Shown here one piece after another: positions 21,359 to 35,200 of a stretch of DNA of 64,000 bases. A program made the position numbers and the translations under genes. Every line of letters starts with the position of its first letter. The first letter of the stretch is position 1. The notes below the pieces were generated by a model. It did not search any database. It was not told the origin of the DNA and saw only the letters and a list, made by a program, of their open reading frames with translations. The stretch spans positions 3,224,001 through 3,288,000 of the forward strand of contig OZ281500.1 in the NCBI GenBank assembly GCA_965637545.1, in the 5' to 3' direction. This stretch comes from Phallusia mammillata. Lineage: Eukaryota.

Positions 21359-24300
21359 TCAGGAACAAAGTATTTCGCGATGAGAATGTGATGATGTTTC
21401 CAGTGTCGGATCAGTGCTGATGGTGCATGTCTTGGGGTCAAAGGTGACTGCGAGAGGACGACGAAGTTCTTGAACGAATTTCCTAAAAAATCATTTTGGT
21501 GGCCTTAAAATTATTTTTTGGAAATATCTATTACAGTACCGAACATAAACCTAGTACATAGAGTAGTAAAAAAAGAGTATCAGGGTAAATATTTTATACC
21601 TGTCGCTATATAAAGGGCATAAACACGAATTAACGTTACATGGTGTGTATAAACATATTTTTTCAAAATATCAGTTTCGAAATTGGTTCAATTAACTTTT
21701 AGTTGGTTGCTTACTGTTTTTGATCAACAGAAGTAGATAAAAATAGGCCAAAACGATAAAATTCCAACCTCATTTTACTGGAAGCTTCTTCGATGCTTTC
21801 AGACACGAAATACACAGGCTGGTATGTTGTGACGTAGAACTCCTGCACACTTGCTCGAGCGGGGTCAAATTTTTGAAGCTTTTCCGTGGTAGTTAACGCA
21901 TGCTGAAAGTTTTCAATTTAAATTCAAAGCCTTTGAGATTTGGAAAACTGATTTTGTTTTTAATACAATGTCAGTGTTAACAATTCCAACGTTTTAAACT
22001 CATTCAGCGGTAGCTTTTTTATATCTTAACAGACATACAACATTTGTGGAAGTTAGACAGCAAATGACATAACTTACATAAATACATAAGGTAAAACAAA
22101 GGGAAATACAAAAAGGGCGCCAGCTATTTTCTTTGTCTTTTCGTCTCACATTACAGTAAAAAAGCAACATATCAATTGCAAAGGTTAAAATCGAACTTAA
22201 AAATGTATCCCACCTTTAGTTCTGCTATGGAAGATAACAGTCCAGCTCCGTAAGCACGTACTTGACCCTTTTCCTTGCATAAGCCGAATTCAACAGTATA
22301 CAAGTAGCACTGCAAAATAAAGCCTGATGCATACGCCTGATACACCACATAAACGCAAAATAACAGTCAAAAACGTATAAATGATTGCTTTTGGCAAAAA
22401 ATAAGTAATCGCTTTACTAAACTGACTCTCACACCATTCCATAAGTTATTCAAGCACAAATATTACGGGCAACTGAAATGGTGGCTTTCTGATATGTTGC
22501 CTATTGATATATACAACAATTTTTTGAAGAATGGTCACGTGTTTTCATCATGCTCATGACGATAATGGAATTTAAAACATTGAATTCCAAATTTTCTGCT
22601 GCTAATTTTTTTTTAAATTCATATCAACGATGCGGCTGAAAATTTTAGTTTATTTCAAAAGTGCACTTTGGGGAAAAAGTTTATGAATCACTGTGCGGGA
22701 CGATTCTACTGAATTCTTTACGTACGCAAGTCCTAATTGCCAACTCACGCTTACCGCAGCAAGTTTTGATATGTCTTCATCAGAGGCTCCCAGTGAAGCA
22801 AGCCCAATTTCTTGGTTGAATTTTGCAAACTCTGGATCGGCTAAAAGCGGCACATGACCAAGCAGTTCGTGACAAACGTCGGGCTCCGGTGTGTAAAATG
22901 GATCACTTGAATGTCTAGAAAGCATTAGGGCAATGTGAATTGTATTAGATAAACTTAACAAACGGTAAAGGTAATTAGGCTACAACAGCCTATGCGACCA
23001 ATGTCTTGTCACCAGCTGCACCGATGAGACCCAATAGGTCGAAAAAAGTGTTCAATGTCTGTAGCTTAAATGTAATTGTAGCACTCACAGTAATTAGTGC
23101 GATTTACTCAAGATTATTCCAGCTTATTAATTGAGTAATTTATTGGTTGGGGTTAAAACAAGGGCCAATGTAAAGGTAAACAAATTATATTTTATGAAGA
23201 AAAATGTTATAAACAAGTTATGACAAAGTGTGTTGTTTCTGTGGTTTTAAGACCTGCTACATATTTAGCAAAACTGTCTCACGTGGTTGTGTAAACAGTT
23301 TGTTGTTTCAAATTACCACCGAAAATATGGACCACTTCATGACACCATTCTATAGGCTACTGTGGAACTTAAAGCCAACTCGTTTAAACTTTAAAATACA
23401 TGGTTTAGTTTATTCAACGGGAATATTGATAAGTGAGGACACAATTTGTTGCGGAGACTATTCACATGAAAGAAACTCCTATGGTCCTTCAGTTCAAAGT
23501 ATAAGAACTGGTTTGATGATTTAGTTTTCTTGGTACTGACCTTATGTATTGTGTGCAGTTGAAGACTCGGAAAGCTAGACCAGCAAGAAAGTCACGTGGA
23601 CTCAGAAAACCAGCGACAGGACGTAAACGAAATCCGGATTTCCACTGAAGAAATTTTGAAACATCCTCTAACTGTAACATATAGATTGAGTTATGGACAG
23701 ATAGGTAAACTGACACACGTAATACGTTGTAATTATTTCGTTTTTTTTTGTTTAGATATCGAAACAGTGTAAACAGCTTTGTACAACGAAAGATTATGTC
23801 AAGGAATTGAAAGATTACATCGCCACTTATTTATTATGGGACAAGATCGGTTTGAATTATTTTTTACATTAAAAAGAACTAAAGCCAAATATGCTAAACA
23901 AATACACTTAAACCGATTGTTGTAAGGGTCGATTTAAAAAATGCATGCATGAATTAATTTGACAGTTTTTGATCCAAACAAACTAATTACACTTTAACCA
24001 ATTTCATTTGTGTCTAATATCCAATGGGGTTACATCCCACAGTAAACAAAGTCTGTAATAGTTGTCAGTACCTGTGGTATTTGATTCTCGCTATATCCAC
24101 AATGTGTTTCGAGCAGAGGAAGATTGGCAACGAAGCTTTCGCAAGCGTGGTGCGGATACAGAGACTTCAGTTCTTTGTAAACTTTTCCCCTGAACAGGAA
24201 AACGTTGATGCAGAAGAAGCGTGACAGCGAAGGAAAGCAACAATTCAAATGCTGAACTGTGTTTATGTATTAGTAGACTTGCACTTTTTCTAACCATCAT

Positions 24301-27266
24301 TGTACGCCAAACTTTACAAACCATTTCTTTATTTCTAGCGTAGCAAAAACTACCCGTTTTATCGATTACCAACTATACCCTTGCGACGGGTTTAAATACG
24401 TTTTAATTTAATTTGTGTTATTGTGCAACCTATAAAAAACATAAACCAGGCTTCGAAGCACTATGCAAAAATCTGCTCATAGTTGAAAAAAATATGTCAC
24501 TGAGAGCAGCGTGCCACTGCCAAAAACGTATTTTCAGCTTAGATAAATATATTCTTCGTCATTTGAACTGTAAGTGATTTGTTTTCTTACCAAGTATTTG
24601 TTTCCTCTTCGGTGTAGTCAATTTTCGGTATTTCGTCACCGCTAAAAACACATATTTGTTAGCGGTTTTAGATATATACCTATTGCAGAGTATTCTAACT
24701 GTATAAACTCTGCATTCCCACAACAAGTAAAAACCAACAAATAATTAATGGTGTTGTGAAAATTAACTTACTGTTTGTAATTGAGAGCGATCTCGGTAAA
24801 AATCTTGCGCCGTTTTCTGTATATTTCATCCTTGAAGCCCTGAAACACCAACAAGCGATTAAAACGTGCAGACTGTATAAACACAACAGCAAACTAGTGA
24901 CAGTTATGCTGAAATAATAAATTGCTTACAGGATGATCGGCGTCCAGTTCAGTCCCATACATAAGCACGTGTTTCCCGCATTCATCCAAATCCGCCAAAC
25001 AACGCGGAATCGGTATGTGATTCCCCGAAACTGAAACATCAAAATAAAATTATAAATGAATATTAGGGAGCAACAACTCGATCGAGATTTAGTGCATACT
25101 GACCAGAAGGAAGGCTCTTGATTAAGGTGACGTCATCAGATCGTTGACGTAACAGATCTATGACATCATCGTACCGTTCCGTGTCAAACTCAATTGTATG
25201 TTGTGGATCCGTGTATTCGTGCCCGAGTGTTGGATCTATGTTCTATGCGAAAATACAAAATAACGATTAAAAAAGCGATTTTTATCTGATCGTAATTAAA
25301 CTCCAGGTGGAAGATGTCTTGACTGGAATACCCCAGTTTTGCTATAGGTATAAGATTGTTTGTAAATTTTACACAAGTATCTTTAGAAAATTGAGGTTTT
25401 TAGGGAAAGCGTGCACTAATTCAACGGGCTTCACAAACAGAAATAACACATTGGAAGTCAATTTCATTTGCTTCATGGGTTAGTTTGTAACCATCGGACA
25501 TTTCAAATTTATTCAATCGGTGATTAAGTTCAAACATCCTGACCACCTGTTGAAAGTGACCCAAAAATTGCGAACAGCAACAAAACCTTTCGAAAGGCGG
25601 TCAGAAAAAATACCGGCGTCGCAGTGTTTCACTAACAGAAAACAAATCGTTTAAACGTGCCACGAGGCACATTTCACGACATACCTTCAACAATTGAATC
25701 AGATTTTCCACGGCCGTATGTTGACTTTGCATGGTGAATGTAATTGACGCCTTTAGGTAGCTCATCTTCTAAAAATCGATAAAACGCAAACGATTACGCA
25801 CTGCCTGTGCCTTAAACAAATTCCAGCCAGGTTATGTAGTAATATCTTATCGAATCGATGCTGTCGTCAATTTTGACCGCAAATCTTTTCACTGTGAGAA
25901 ATATCATCCTTATGTGGTATTTACTTGGTTAGAAATTACGCACAGTAGTTCATTTAGGTCGGCTTTGTTTTCGCCTTGATAGATGGCTCATTGAGCTGTT
26001 CTTATTTCTATAATCAGACCAATAAACGGTTTTTGAGTTTTGATAAAGCCATGTATTTCACTTTCATATAAACTCTAACTTCCCTGAGAAATAATTAGCA
26101 ACACGTATGCCACTACCAATTTTATTATTGCAAAAAGTAAATTTGAGTTAAACACACATTTTAAAACACGTAAAAAATGGTGTAAAAAGAGGATTTTCGT
26201 ACCCAAACAGATTTCAGCAAGTGAAAATTGCATGACAATTAGTCAGTAACGGTTTTCACTTTCGATAATTTTCCAAAGAGATAGATTTAAATTATGCCAT
26301 AAAAGCTTGGTGTAAACTTAAACACCAAAGTACATCAATTACTGCGACTTTTAGAACATTTTGTTTTGCACGTATTCCAAACTTAGTCATTTTTTGTATT
26401 ACTAATAGGTCACAAAAATTTTAATGTGGGGCCACTTACATAAAAGGTGGCACAGGTACAAAAAAAATGTACATTAAGCATTTCTTGGGGTAAATGACAG
26501 AACACATTTTTAGTGGCCGAATTTGCGATCTAAATATAAATTGACCGAGAATCGTGGCCGCATCGTATATTAGGCACTGATGCCAAATACATGTTTAATC
26601 ACTTCCAACGTAGCCTATGTTTGTTTTGTCTGAAGAGCCATGTGGCTCACGGGGCATGATTAATACAAGACAAACATAAAAGATAACCGCGCTCTACTAT
26701 AAATCGTGATTTACCAGTAATTGTCTCCTAAACTGGGACCGGCTTCAATGAGAAAAGAAGCAGAAACGTGATGTATAATTCATAACCGGATTGAGGGGTT
26801 ATGTCCACAATAAAAACATCAATTTTCTTCCGTTTGCTGCTTTTATTTTGGTTTTAACTGCTGTTTAAAAATGACTAAAGGATTGTCGAAATAATATGAT
26901 TTACTCACATATTGGCCACCTGCTTTTTTTGTTAAATCTTTTTTCAGTTAAAGATTTAAAAATGACATAGGACTAATACATATTACAATAGAAAATGTCT
27001 TGAAGTTGAACCTTAAATCTGTGCCTTTTGCGCTTTCGTAAAAACAACGGTAAAAAATCGTGAAAATTTGCAACGTTTCTGAACAAGTTCGTCATATCAA
27101 CCATTTTTACCCACCTTTTGCAGCAAAATAGAAAATAAATTAAAAATTATGAAGTCACCTCGTCCGTTGAACTTTGTCTTCTTGCGCTATCCGAGAAAAC
27201 TTCGTCTAGCGAAGTCACGTGACCCAGCTTCTCGCGCCTACTCTTCCCGGCTGAATGGTTCTGCAT
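21359..27266 (-). CDS. TPH: Tryptophan 5-hydroxylase (biopterin-dependent aromatic amino acid hydroxylase), 12 exons, about 437 aa
   Basis: Exons 27266-27159, 25768-25685, 25242-25104, 25030-24930, 24839-24772, 24641-24591, 24189-24072, 23671-23541, 22914-22755, 22309-22214, 21902-21769 and 21482-21359 are all phase-compatible (1314 nt). [68 protein letters not shown] and TVEFGLCK are TPH-type. The three N-terminal exons are less certain than the catalytic ones. Confidence 0.9.
23014..23066 (+). ncRNA. Degenerate type I hammerhead ribozyme (family copy 3), in a TPH intron, antisense to TPH
   Basis: AGCTGCA-CCGATGA-GACC CAATA GGTC-GAAA-AAAGTGTTCAATGTC-TGTAGCT. Stem I and stem II are intact; core U4 is changed to C; stem III is decayed. 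Confidence 0.7.
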
Positions 27267-28829
27267 GATATACAAAAGTCCTGTCGCAAATTCAACGTTA
27301 TTTAAAACACCGCTCAAGCAGATAGTGTTATGAGCTGAATACCGTACGCTTGGCCCTTTTTAACCAATCCAGTTAGCGCTGTTCAAACGATAAGCTCAGG
27401 AGGACATCTGGTCTTTAGAGCTTCCGGCGTCGATAATCGATTATTTAAATTCGAAAACTTATCGTCGTCAATCGGCGCACGATCGATTCCGCCGCTCGAG
27501 AGCGCATATTGTGACGTCACAAGACATGAACTTCAACCACTGCAACGTTTCCTGTTAACTTATTAAGACTTGAAAATCTATCTAAGCTATAAACAATCTT
27601 TACAAAATTTAAATTTAGTTTTAGGTTTTAAGTCGTTAAATTTATGCTTAATCAAGGGTGAACTCACTCGTACGCTTGGATCTTTGTGTGATAGGCCCAA
27701 GAAACTATTTCAGCAGGGCGATACCTTCAAATGCATACAAACATGTATACACTACCATATAATTGTAATGTAATGAGTTACGTTATGACAAACAGGAGAA
27801 AAAACGTATTATCCTACACATAGTGAAGCAACAGTATTAAATGTTAACAACCCACCATAGGTTGTACCAACACAACACACAAAACGAGGCTAAACCATCC
27901 GTCCAAAATTTACAAACTGATAGTAGGCGTTTCACCTTCAATGCAACAACTTTCTATTTTAAAATATCTTCCCCGACGAAACTAGAACGCGAAATGCATG
28001 TTCTCAGCTGGAACTGTAGGTTTCTTTCAAATACTCTTTAAAGAAAGTTTCGAATAAACAGATACGAGAGTTAGTGGAAATATGTATTCATATCGAAATG
28101 CAATGCTAGAGTTCTTCAAACAACAGGAAGACAAATCAATTTGTTGGTGTCCGAGAGAACCGAATCGTGTGCAAAATGATAGGATAGCCTGAGTTTTGTT
28201 GATTCAACGTTTCGTTCACATAACGAAACTTGATCACGTTTTAAAGAAAGACAATATAAGCCTGTGTCTGTTTTGAACCCAGACCATGTCGGATTACGCA
28301 ACATCCACGCACAACGGCGTGTGACGTCACAATTACACGTGCGCGTGAACCCATTGTTATGCGACGCTAAAGATAGATTGACGGTAGTTCATGACGCTAT
28401 GATTACGTAAACACCATCAAAAGGTCCAATGTTTGTTGATACGTTACGCGGAGAACGTACCGTTTGAGAATAGTGGTTCACGTCAACGAAATGATTGTTT
28501 ACGTTTCATCTAACAAAGCGTGTACACTACGCTAGTCGTGTCCTCGAATTTAGGCAAAAAACATCTGTGACAAATTACTGCAGCTTAGTCGGGCCTTTCG
28601 CCAAGTTCGAGAGTTCTTTTTGGTAACTGACACTTTGTAAGTTCAAAGATTGTGTTTGAGACGTATAAAAGAGATAATTTGTAGAAGTATTTTTTTATTA
28701 TTTGTTTTATTTTCATCCTCGCTGGACGAGAAACGTCTCAATGCGACATGCTCAAAGTGGGTCCGCCGTGGAGCTGCCTGCTTTATTGCAGGTCCGTTGA
28801 ATCGTTTATTATTTCAGAATTTTTATGTT

Positions 28830-28988
28830 GGCCAGTACGGGACGTCAATTTAGTTCAAACCATCGGGAACCACTCAGTTAGATCAATGCCGCTCAAGTTT
28901 CTTGCTCAGGGAAGCGACCGAGATAGGATTACAATCCCCAACCTTGTGAACACAGGACGGTTTCGCTGGGTTGACCACTCAGCCATAT
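28830..28988 (-). mobile_element. tRNA-derived SINE remnant, Cics-1-like
   Basis: Minus strand begins ATGGCTGAGTGGTCAACC (A-box-like) and contains CTTCCCTGAGCAAGAAACTTGAGCGGCATTGATCTAACTGAGTGGT, resembling the CCTTGGGCAAGACACTT...CCCAGTGGTC core of ascidian SINEs as recalled. Confidence 0.55.
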
Positions 28989-29531
28989 TGCAAAAAAAGC
29001 TACAACTTAGTATTTAAATGTTTTTGGCGTTGAAATTTTGCAATGGTGACTCGAATGAAATCCACCCATCTACTTAAACTTTATTACCGCTAAAACGTTA
29101 GAGAACCAGAAAGGTGACTTTCCTATATACTTTCATTTTATATGTCCTATATGATATTTACCCATTAAATATACACAGCATTTGATCTACCCAACGTTAC
29201 TAGACTTTATACAGAATATGACGTATTTAAGCAATAGTTTGCAACATATTTATCAAAACTACGTCCAGCAGGTGCAACTTTCAAACAAAATCAAGATACA
29301 TAGTGGCGCATTTCCACCAAATGTAAATTTACCACACAATAGCTTACGTTTATAAAGCAAAAACAAAGTCAAAAAACAAATACCACAGCAAAAATCGAAA
29401 TTAACCGACCATTTACGTTGTTTGGATAAAACAAAAACACCGTTTAGTTCTGCATACATTAATTATTACATTAAAGGTAATATGTATCAGCTATAACAGA
29501 AGTCGTGTATTGGCATCGTATGCGCCTACGC

Positions 29532-29776
29532 CAGTGGTTCCCAACCATTTTTGTCCTGTGCACCCCTTTAGTCGATATTCAAATCTAATCCCCCCTACAA
29601 ATTTAGTTTAGTAAAATTTCGTTTACATTAACTTTTTGATGTAATTCTTAGAACAGAAATTAAACTCTCGATTATAAGCTCCATAGCCTGTAATGCAAAT
29701 TTGTGACACAAATTCCCCCCTACAAATTACAAAATTCCCCCCTCGTGGGAAATTCTCCCCTGGTTGGGGACCACTG
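29532..29776. mobile_element. Non-autonomous hAT-type MITE (245 bp)
   Basis: TIRs CAGTGGTTCCCAACC / GGTTGGGGACCACTG; perfect 8-bp TSD GCCTACGC at 29524-29531 and 29777-29784. Confidence 0.9.
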
Positions 29777-30028
29777 GCCTACGCAATAAACGTCGTGAGT
29801 TCGTGTCATATGAAAATCAAGATTAGCGCAACGTAAAATCAAATCATTGTGCAATATTGCATGAACCACTTTAAAGAACATGGAAAAAATATGCACCTCA
29901 ATGCGTTTGGCCGCCCGATTTTTCAGCTGTTCTTCTTTTTTCTCTGTCTGTATATTTTCTCCTTTTTTGCCATTGCATCTCAACTACTGAAACAAGCTTG
30001 TGTAGAAAATTCAAAAATTGATAACAGC

Positions 30029-30913
30029 CTATCGCATAAAAGCTATAAACGACAGGGTGAAAACAAACAAAAACGCGGTTGCGCACAATTTTACGGTTAC
30101 ATTTCCGTCAGCGCAATCATTGTTGCGGATTGTAATATAGCGCGAATCAAAAACAAAGTTGACGTTCACGGTTGCATATCCGTCAGTGTAACCATTGTGT
30201 TGCAATGTGTTAACGTCTGTTACAAGTTGATCGTCACTGCAGGGATGAGTCTAGCGTCGGCTCGGCATAAAACACAAAAAGATTTTATCAGTTAGGACAT
30301 ATATGAATCGCTGGAATCAGCCCGGAAGCGTCGTTATACCGAATCAGTCGGTTACCAAGCATTCGCCATGTGGCTATTCGTCTTTGCCGGAACGTATTTA
30401 ACGCGCTAATATAAACCAATTCTGATCAACGAAAAAGCCTACAACTTAATACTGGTTTTTGTTACACGCTTTTTATTGTGCCCCCACGATTGTAAATCAG
30501 TGGATCACACCTCTAGGACCTGAGTGATATAGCGTTAAATATCATCCCGCATCTCGATGTTAGAAACCAGCCCAGTTGGGCAGAAAAGTCGCCACACTGG
30601 CACTAAATGACTGTGTCTTAAGGCACGCCGCTATGGAAGACGAACTAGTCCATAAAACCGATCTATGCATATAGTGGCAGCTTTTATGCAATGATAAAAT
30701 TGGGTAAGTTCACACAGAGTTGTAAGTTAGGCGAGGCTTTTGCAGTTAAATGAGAGCTTGTTCTTTCGGTCCGTACCCGCTTACAACTCTAGTTCGTCAC
30801 ATGGATATTGGACAACCAATACATTAAAGGCACCATTTATTGAAGCCACGGCGATTATGGAAAACAAAAACTTTATGTTGAAATTACGTGAGAAAAGGAT
30901 TGTGTTGAGTGCA
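30029..30913 (-). CDS. Possible two exons of an unidentified small membrane or secreted protein
   Basis: 30913-30785 (phase 2-2, GTAAGC donor) joins 30236-30029 in frame: ...FSIIAVASINGAFNVLVVQYPCDELEFDDQLVTDVNTLQHNGYTDGYATVNVNFVFDSRYITIRNNDCADGNVTVKLCATAFLFVFTLSFIAFMR*. Hydrophobic C-terminus; no start exon or homology identified. Confidence 0.25.
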
Positions 30914-32263
30914 CTAACAAGGTAAAATATTGGTACATCAATTACATCGTGTATAAAAAAAATCTGTGAACATTTAAACACAACGGGAAGACATAATTTT
31001 ACGAATTAGGTACGTAGTCAGGTTGTCGTGTAAGACGATGAACTAATACAAAACATCTTAATACATTAGCATGATTGCAATTATACACGTAAATATATTT
31101 CTTTATTTGTACAAAGGCAGCATAGAGATATATGAGAGTAATCTACCAAAAGGTACGGATATTACAGAAATTAGGTGCGATTTAAAGCTTCCAGCATATG
31201 CTTATTTTGCCGCGGTTTACAATTCGCAGTTAAAAAACTATTTCAAAGGACAGCGTTTTAGTAAGCACCGATAGATGTCCAAAATGTCGTTATACAAGGG
31301 TTTTTACCATCACAGTTGACAAAGGCAGCTGTGAACCCTGATTTGTTACATAGAAAAGTGTGCCCTGTTGGAATTGTTGGAAGGACAAAAGACGCTTTAA
31401 CTCTATTTTCAATTTGCACATTACAATATGTAATAACTGAACCAAGGTGGATAAAAATAGTTAAAACAGTGATTCCCAACCTGATATGCACACTATTAGT
31501 GATAGACAAACGTTTTTCAGGTGCTAACAACTACAGTGGTCCATTCAAAGTGGTATGCACAAAATTGAACGCAATGCAACAAAATGTTGGAACCACGCCG
31601 TTAAACTGTGTGCAAACTTAAGGCCATGTATACAGTTTGTTGTTTTCAATGGAGAAGTATTGCCAAACGATACAACAGGAATGTTAATATGCACCTTTTT
31701 TGTGGTATAGCTACAGGACGGTAAATCAGTACAGACTGCATGTAAAGTGCTTCGTGATAGAAGAGCTGTTATAGGGGACATTAAATACTATGGCAATAAG
31801 TATTGCTAAGACGTAAGTTACTAAATGATGATTTTAAGCATAAAATGGTAGGCAGTGGCTGATTTTATCACAAGCAAGCGCGCTTTTATGTGTACATTAC
31901 ATGTTCTAAGCAAAATATGCATTAAAATCTTACTATTAAACAGAATGGACTTTTTAAAAACCCACACAGCTACAATTTAAAACGAGTTCTTCAGGCAGAT
32001 TTTGTTGTTGAAACTTTACAAGTAGCTTTCAGCTATTTGTTGATGGTTTTATGTTGGAAGAAACATGATTCAACAAGAGTATAAATTAGCAAAGAATGTG
32101 TTTGTAATATTTGCAAAGGACGGTAAAAGATTTCTGGAAGTGGCCAATTGTTAAAAACTTGGTTTTATAAATAAAGATGAAATCGTTTTGATTAAGATAC
32201 CGTCATAAAGGAATTATTGGTCAAATTTCCAAATATTTGCCATAAAAAAAGCAATAGGAGACA

Positions 32264-35200
32264 TTAGATTGCCGATAGTGTACGTTTCTCGTGATCAGTG
32301 ATGTCCGGGTGCCAAACATCAACAATTAGAATGAGACGGAATGATTCAGCATTCTGCCAAACCTCGTGTTCGTAAGAATCATCGAAAATGAGAACCTTAC
32401 CTTCCTCCCAAGTTCTGCAAGCCACAAAAATCGATGAAGTCTTGTTGTTCCAGAGAACATTTGAAATTACTGGAATTTTGCCTTCTCAGATGTTAACGTT
32501 AAGAACAAGAAAACTCAACTGAATTATCGTTGATATGGTCTTGCTTTCAATTAGCTGTCAATTTGTACGTTAGAAGTGCCATTTACGCTATTTTATTACG
32601 TTTAATTTTGTGGACGAGATCGCCATATCGTTGGTATTATAACCTAATAGGTAAATACTGTACTTGTTTCCACGATAAAACATGGTTGTTAACATGATCA
32701 TGACATGACCAACATGATACGTTGGTATAATTTTGAAACCGCGTTGGGGGACAGAGCATTAACCGTCATGTCGTATACTAACGCATACCCACTCCCAAGC
32801 ACCAGGTATTACACAAATTAGGAAATTGTTCGACCGACCTGTATTCATCAGCACACCTTAACCTCGCACCGTCGCCGGTCTTTGGAATAACCAATCCAAG
32901 ATGCATTCGCAATCTACAGTTGGTGGGTCCAGTGTGGGGCCAAACGTGAGTGCCAGGCATCATCACACTGTACCGTGAAAATGGATTGTTAAATCGTTTG
33001 GTCGTGGTTATTAACATTATTGAACAATACATGTTTTGTTTTCTTTTTTCCGACGAAATAAAACGTTGAAACAAAATACAATGCAAACGAAAAGTTTTGG
33101 CAACATTGTCATTCTTAAGCGTTTGAAAATGCCATTAATATTCTAGTCTTTGCTCGTTTTTTTAATTAGCTGTAAAAATAGGTCATTATACCACACCTGT
33201 AAAAATGTAAACATTGATTCAAAATAATGTGAAAAAAACAGCCACCATGACTTAGTTGTAATATTATCACATTATTTTGCCTCCATTCATTTAGGACCTA
33301 AACAAAAACTAAACCAAAATCTTGTTTACAGAACAATAAAACTCAAACCATATTTTCGATATAAGTATCTTCATGAAAATTAACTTGTAGCTCACTTCCA
33401 CTTGGGCTAATTTTAGCTTTCTGACCACACTTACTTTACCTGTATTTGATTTGACCCCTTCTGCAACCTTTGGCGTTGGGCATCTTGTCTATGAGTGCAC
33501 AGGTTTTGGGCACCCTGTTACATTCAGCAGTTTTCTCTCCTGTAAAATAGTTCAATTTGCTTTAATTTGGATCCCTAACTTCAAGTTTACAGCTCACAAA
33601 TTTTACAGTAGCTGCACAATTTGACCCAGCGGTTGATTAATTAAACATATGTTTCAAAGTCAGGCTGTAAATAACTTACTGGCCTTTTCGATTGGTATTA
33701 ATTTGGTATATATATGTCTTCTACTTTCCATTTAACACACCAGTTTGCATTTTACACTTACAAACATACCCACAACATAAGGCAACGTCTAAAATGATCT
33801 AGCAATGGACATGAATCACTTGTTGACTCAAGTACAAACTATGTAAAGCACTCATTCTTGAACATTTTGAGTTGAGTTGAGTCATTTTTTTCTTTTAGTT
33901 ACAATGTTTACAGTAGTAGTAAAAAAGATAAAAGACCACAGATTTTTCCATGAAACTGCACAGCAGAGCTAGCATGAAGCTCAAAGTACCACTGCATCAG
34001 TATATTTGTATTGCACTTACCTTTTGCAAACAAAGTAAATTGTCTCCAGTTCCCAGTGTTCTTTAATCCTTCCTCTTCTTCCAGAAACAAGCCCTTTTCC
34101 ACATCCATCACTTTCAGTGCTTCATCACGGATCATTTTCCAGTTCTGTTCCAGTTTCTATAGTAACAGTGCTATTTAGAAATGCTGTTTGTTTGGACCCA
34201 TTTAAAAAAGTTTCAAGTGATATGAGGTTACCCCTTTGTATATTGTGATTTTTTTATTTCTGGTAGACTACCAACCATTAAACAGAGCAACTTTTTAGCA
34301 AATTAAAGGAAAAAAGACAAAAAAAATTACCCACCCTAACGTATTCTGATGCCCCAGCCTCCTTAGGGGTCCAGAATGGGCGTGATTGAAGTCGATCCAC
34401 ATTATACAAGGATCTCTGGTATTTTGATCTAAACAACCCTTTTTCTGCTCCTCGGGCATAAACCTCTTCTGCCTGGAAAAAGTACAAACAATGTGATAGT
34501 TGTAATATACTCACTTGGTACAGCAAAAACTACAGAATAGTATTGCATAAGACTGACACAATACATGGTAACTGTAGTCAGACACATGTGGTATAATGTT
34601 GTAAAAAATTCGTAAGACCTAAACATCGCAAATTTACCCATCAATGTTTATTACATAAGCAGTGACCAAAGTCATGTTTTTCATTCCACAATACATATGT
34701 GAGATAAAAATTGACTTTTTCATAATTCATTATAATTATAATTGTTTTAGTAATTGTCAGTTGTCCCCAACTATAGCTAAAGGCTGATTTTCTAACAGAC
34801 ACTCCATAATAGATAGATTTACCTCTTTCGTTCTGTTGGTTCTATGCAAAGCATCACCAAGATGGAAATAGAACTTCCCAGACTGTGTACCTTCTGCCAA
34901 GGAGCCAACACCCCTACCCAGCAAATCTGCCCCCTTTACCCAGTCACCCTCATTTTTCACGATGAATCCTAAGTGGGTGAGTGCGAACCCATTGTCAGGA
35001 TCAATTTGTAAAACCTGAAAAAAATAGTGGCTTTTGTTAATAAGGTGCAATTTTGTGCATGCTGTACACAGTAAATGTTATTGTTTCAACACAGAATTAC
35101 CTTGTCTATCTCTACTAAGATGTTTTTTACATTGTGGGGTAAATCCCAGCCTAAAATTGCAATAACTGTACTTCCAACTTAAAAATAGAATGCATCAGCA

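Noticed and set aside
31316-31621. PVGIVGRTKDAL resembling an ABC Walker A lead-in
   Set aside because: The GKS/T is missing and no other ABC motifs are present.
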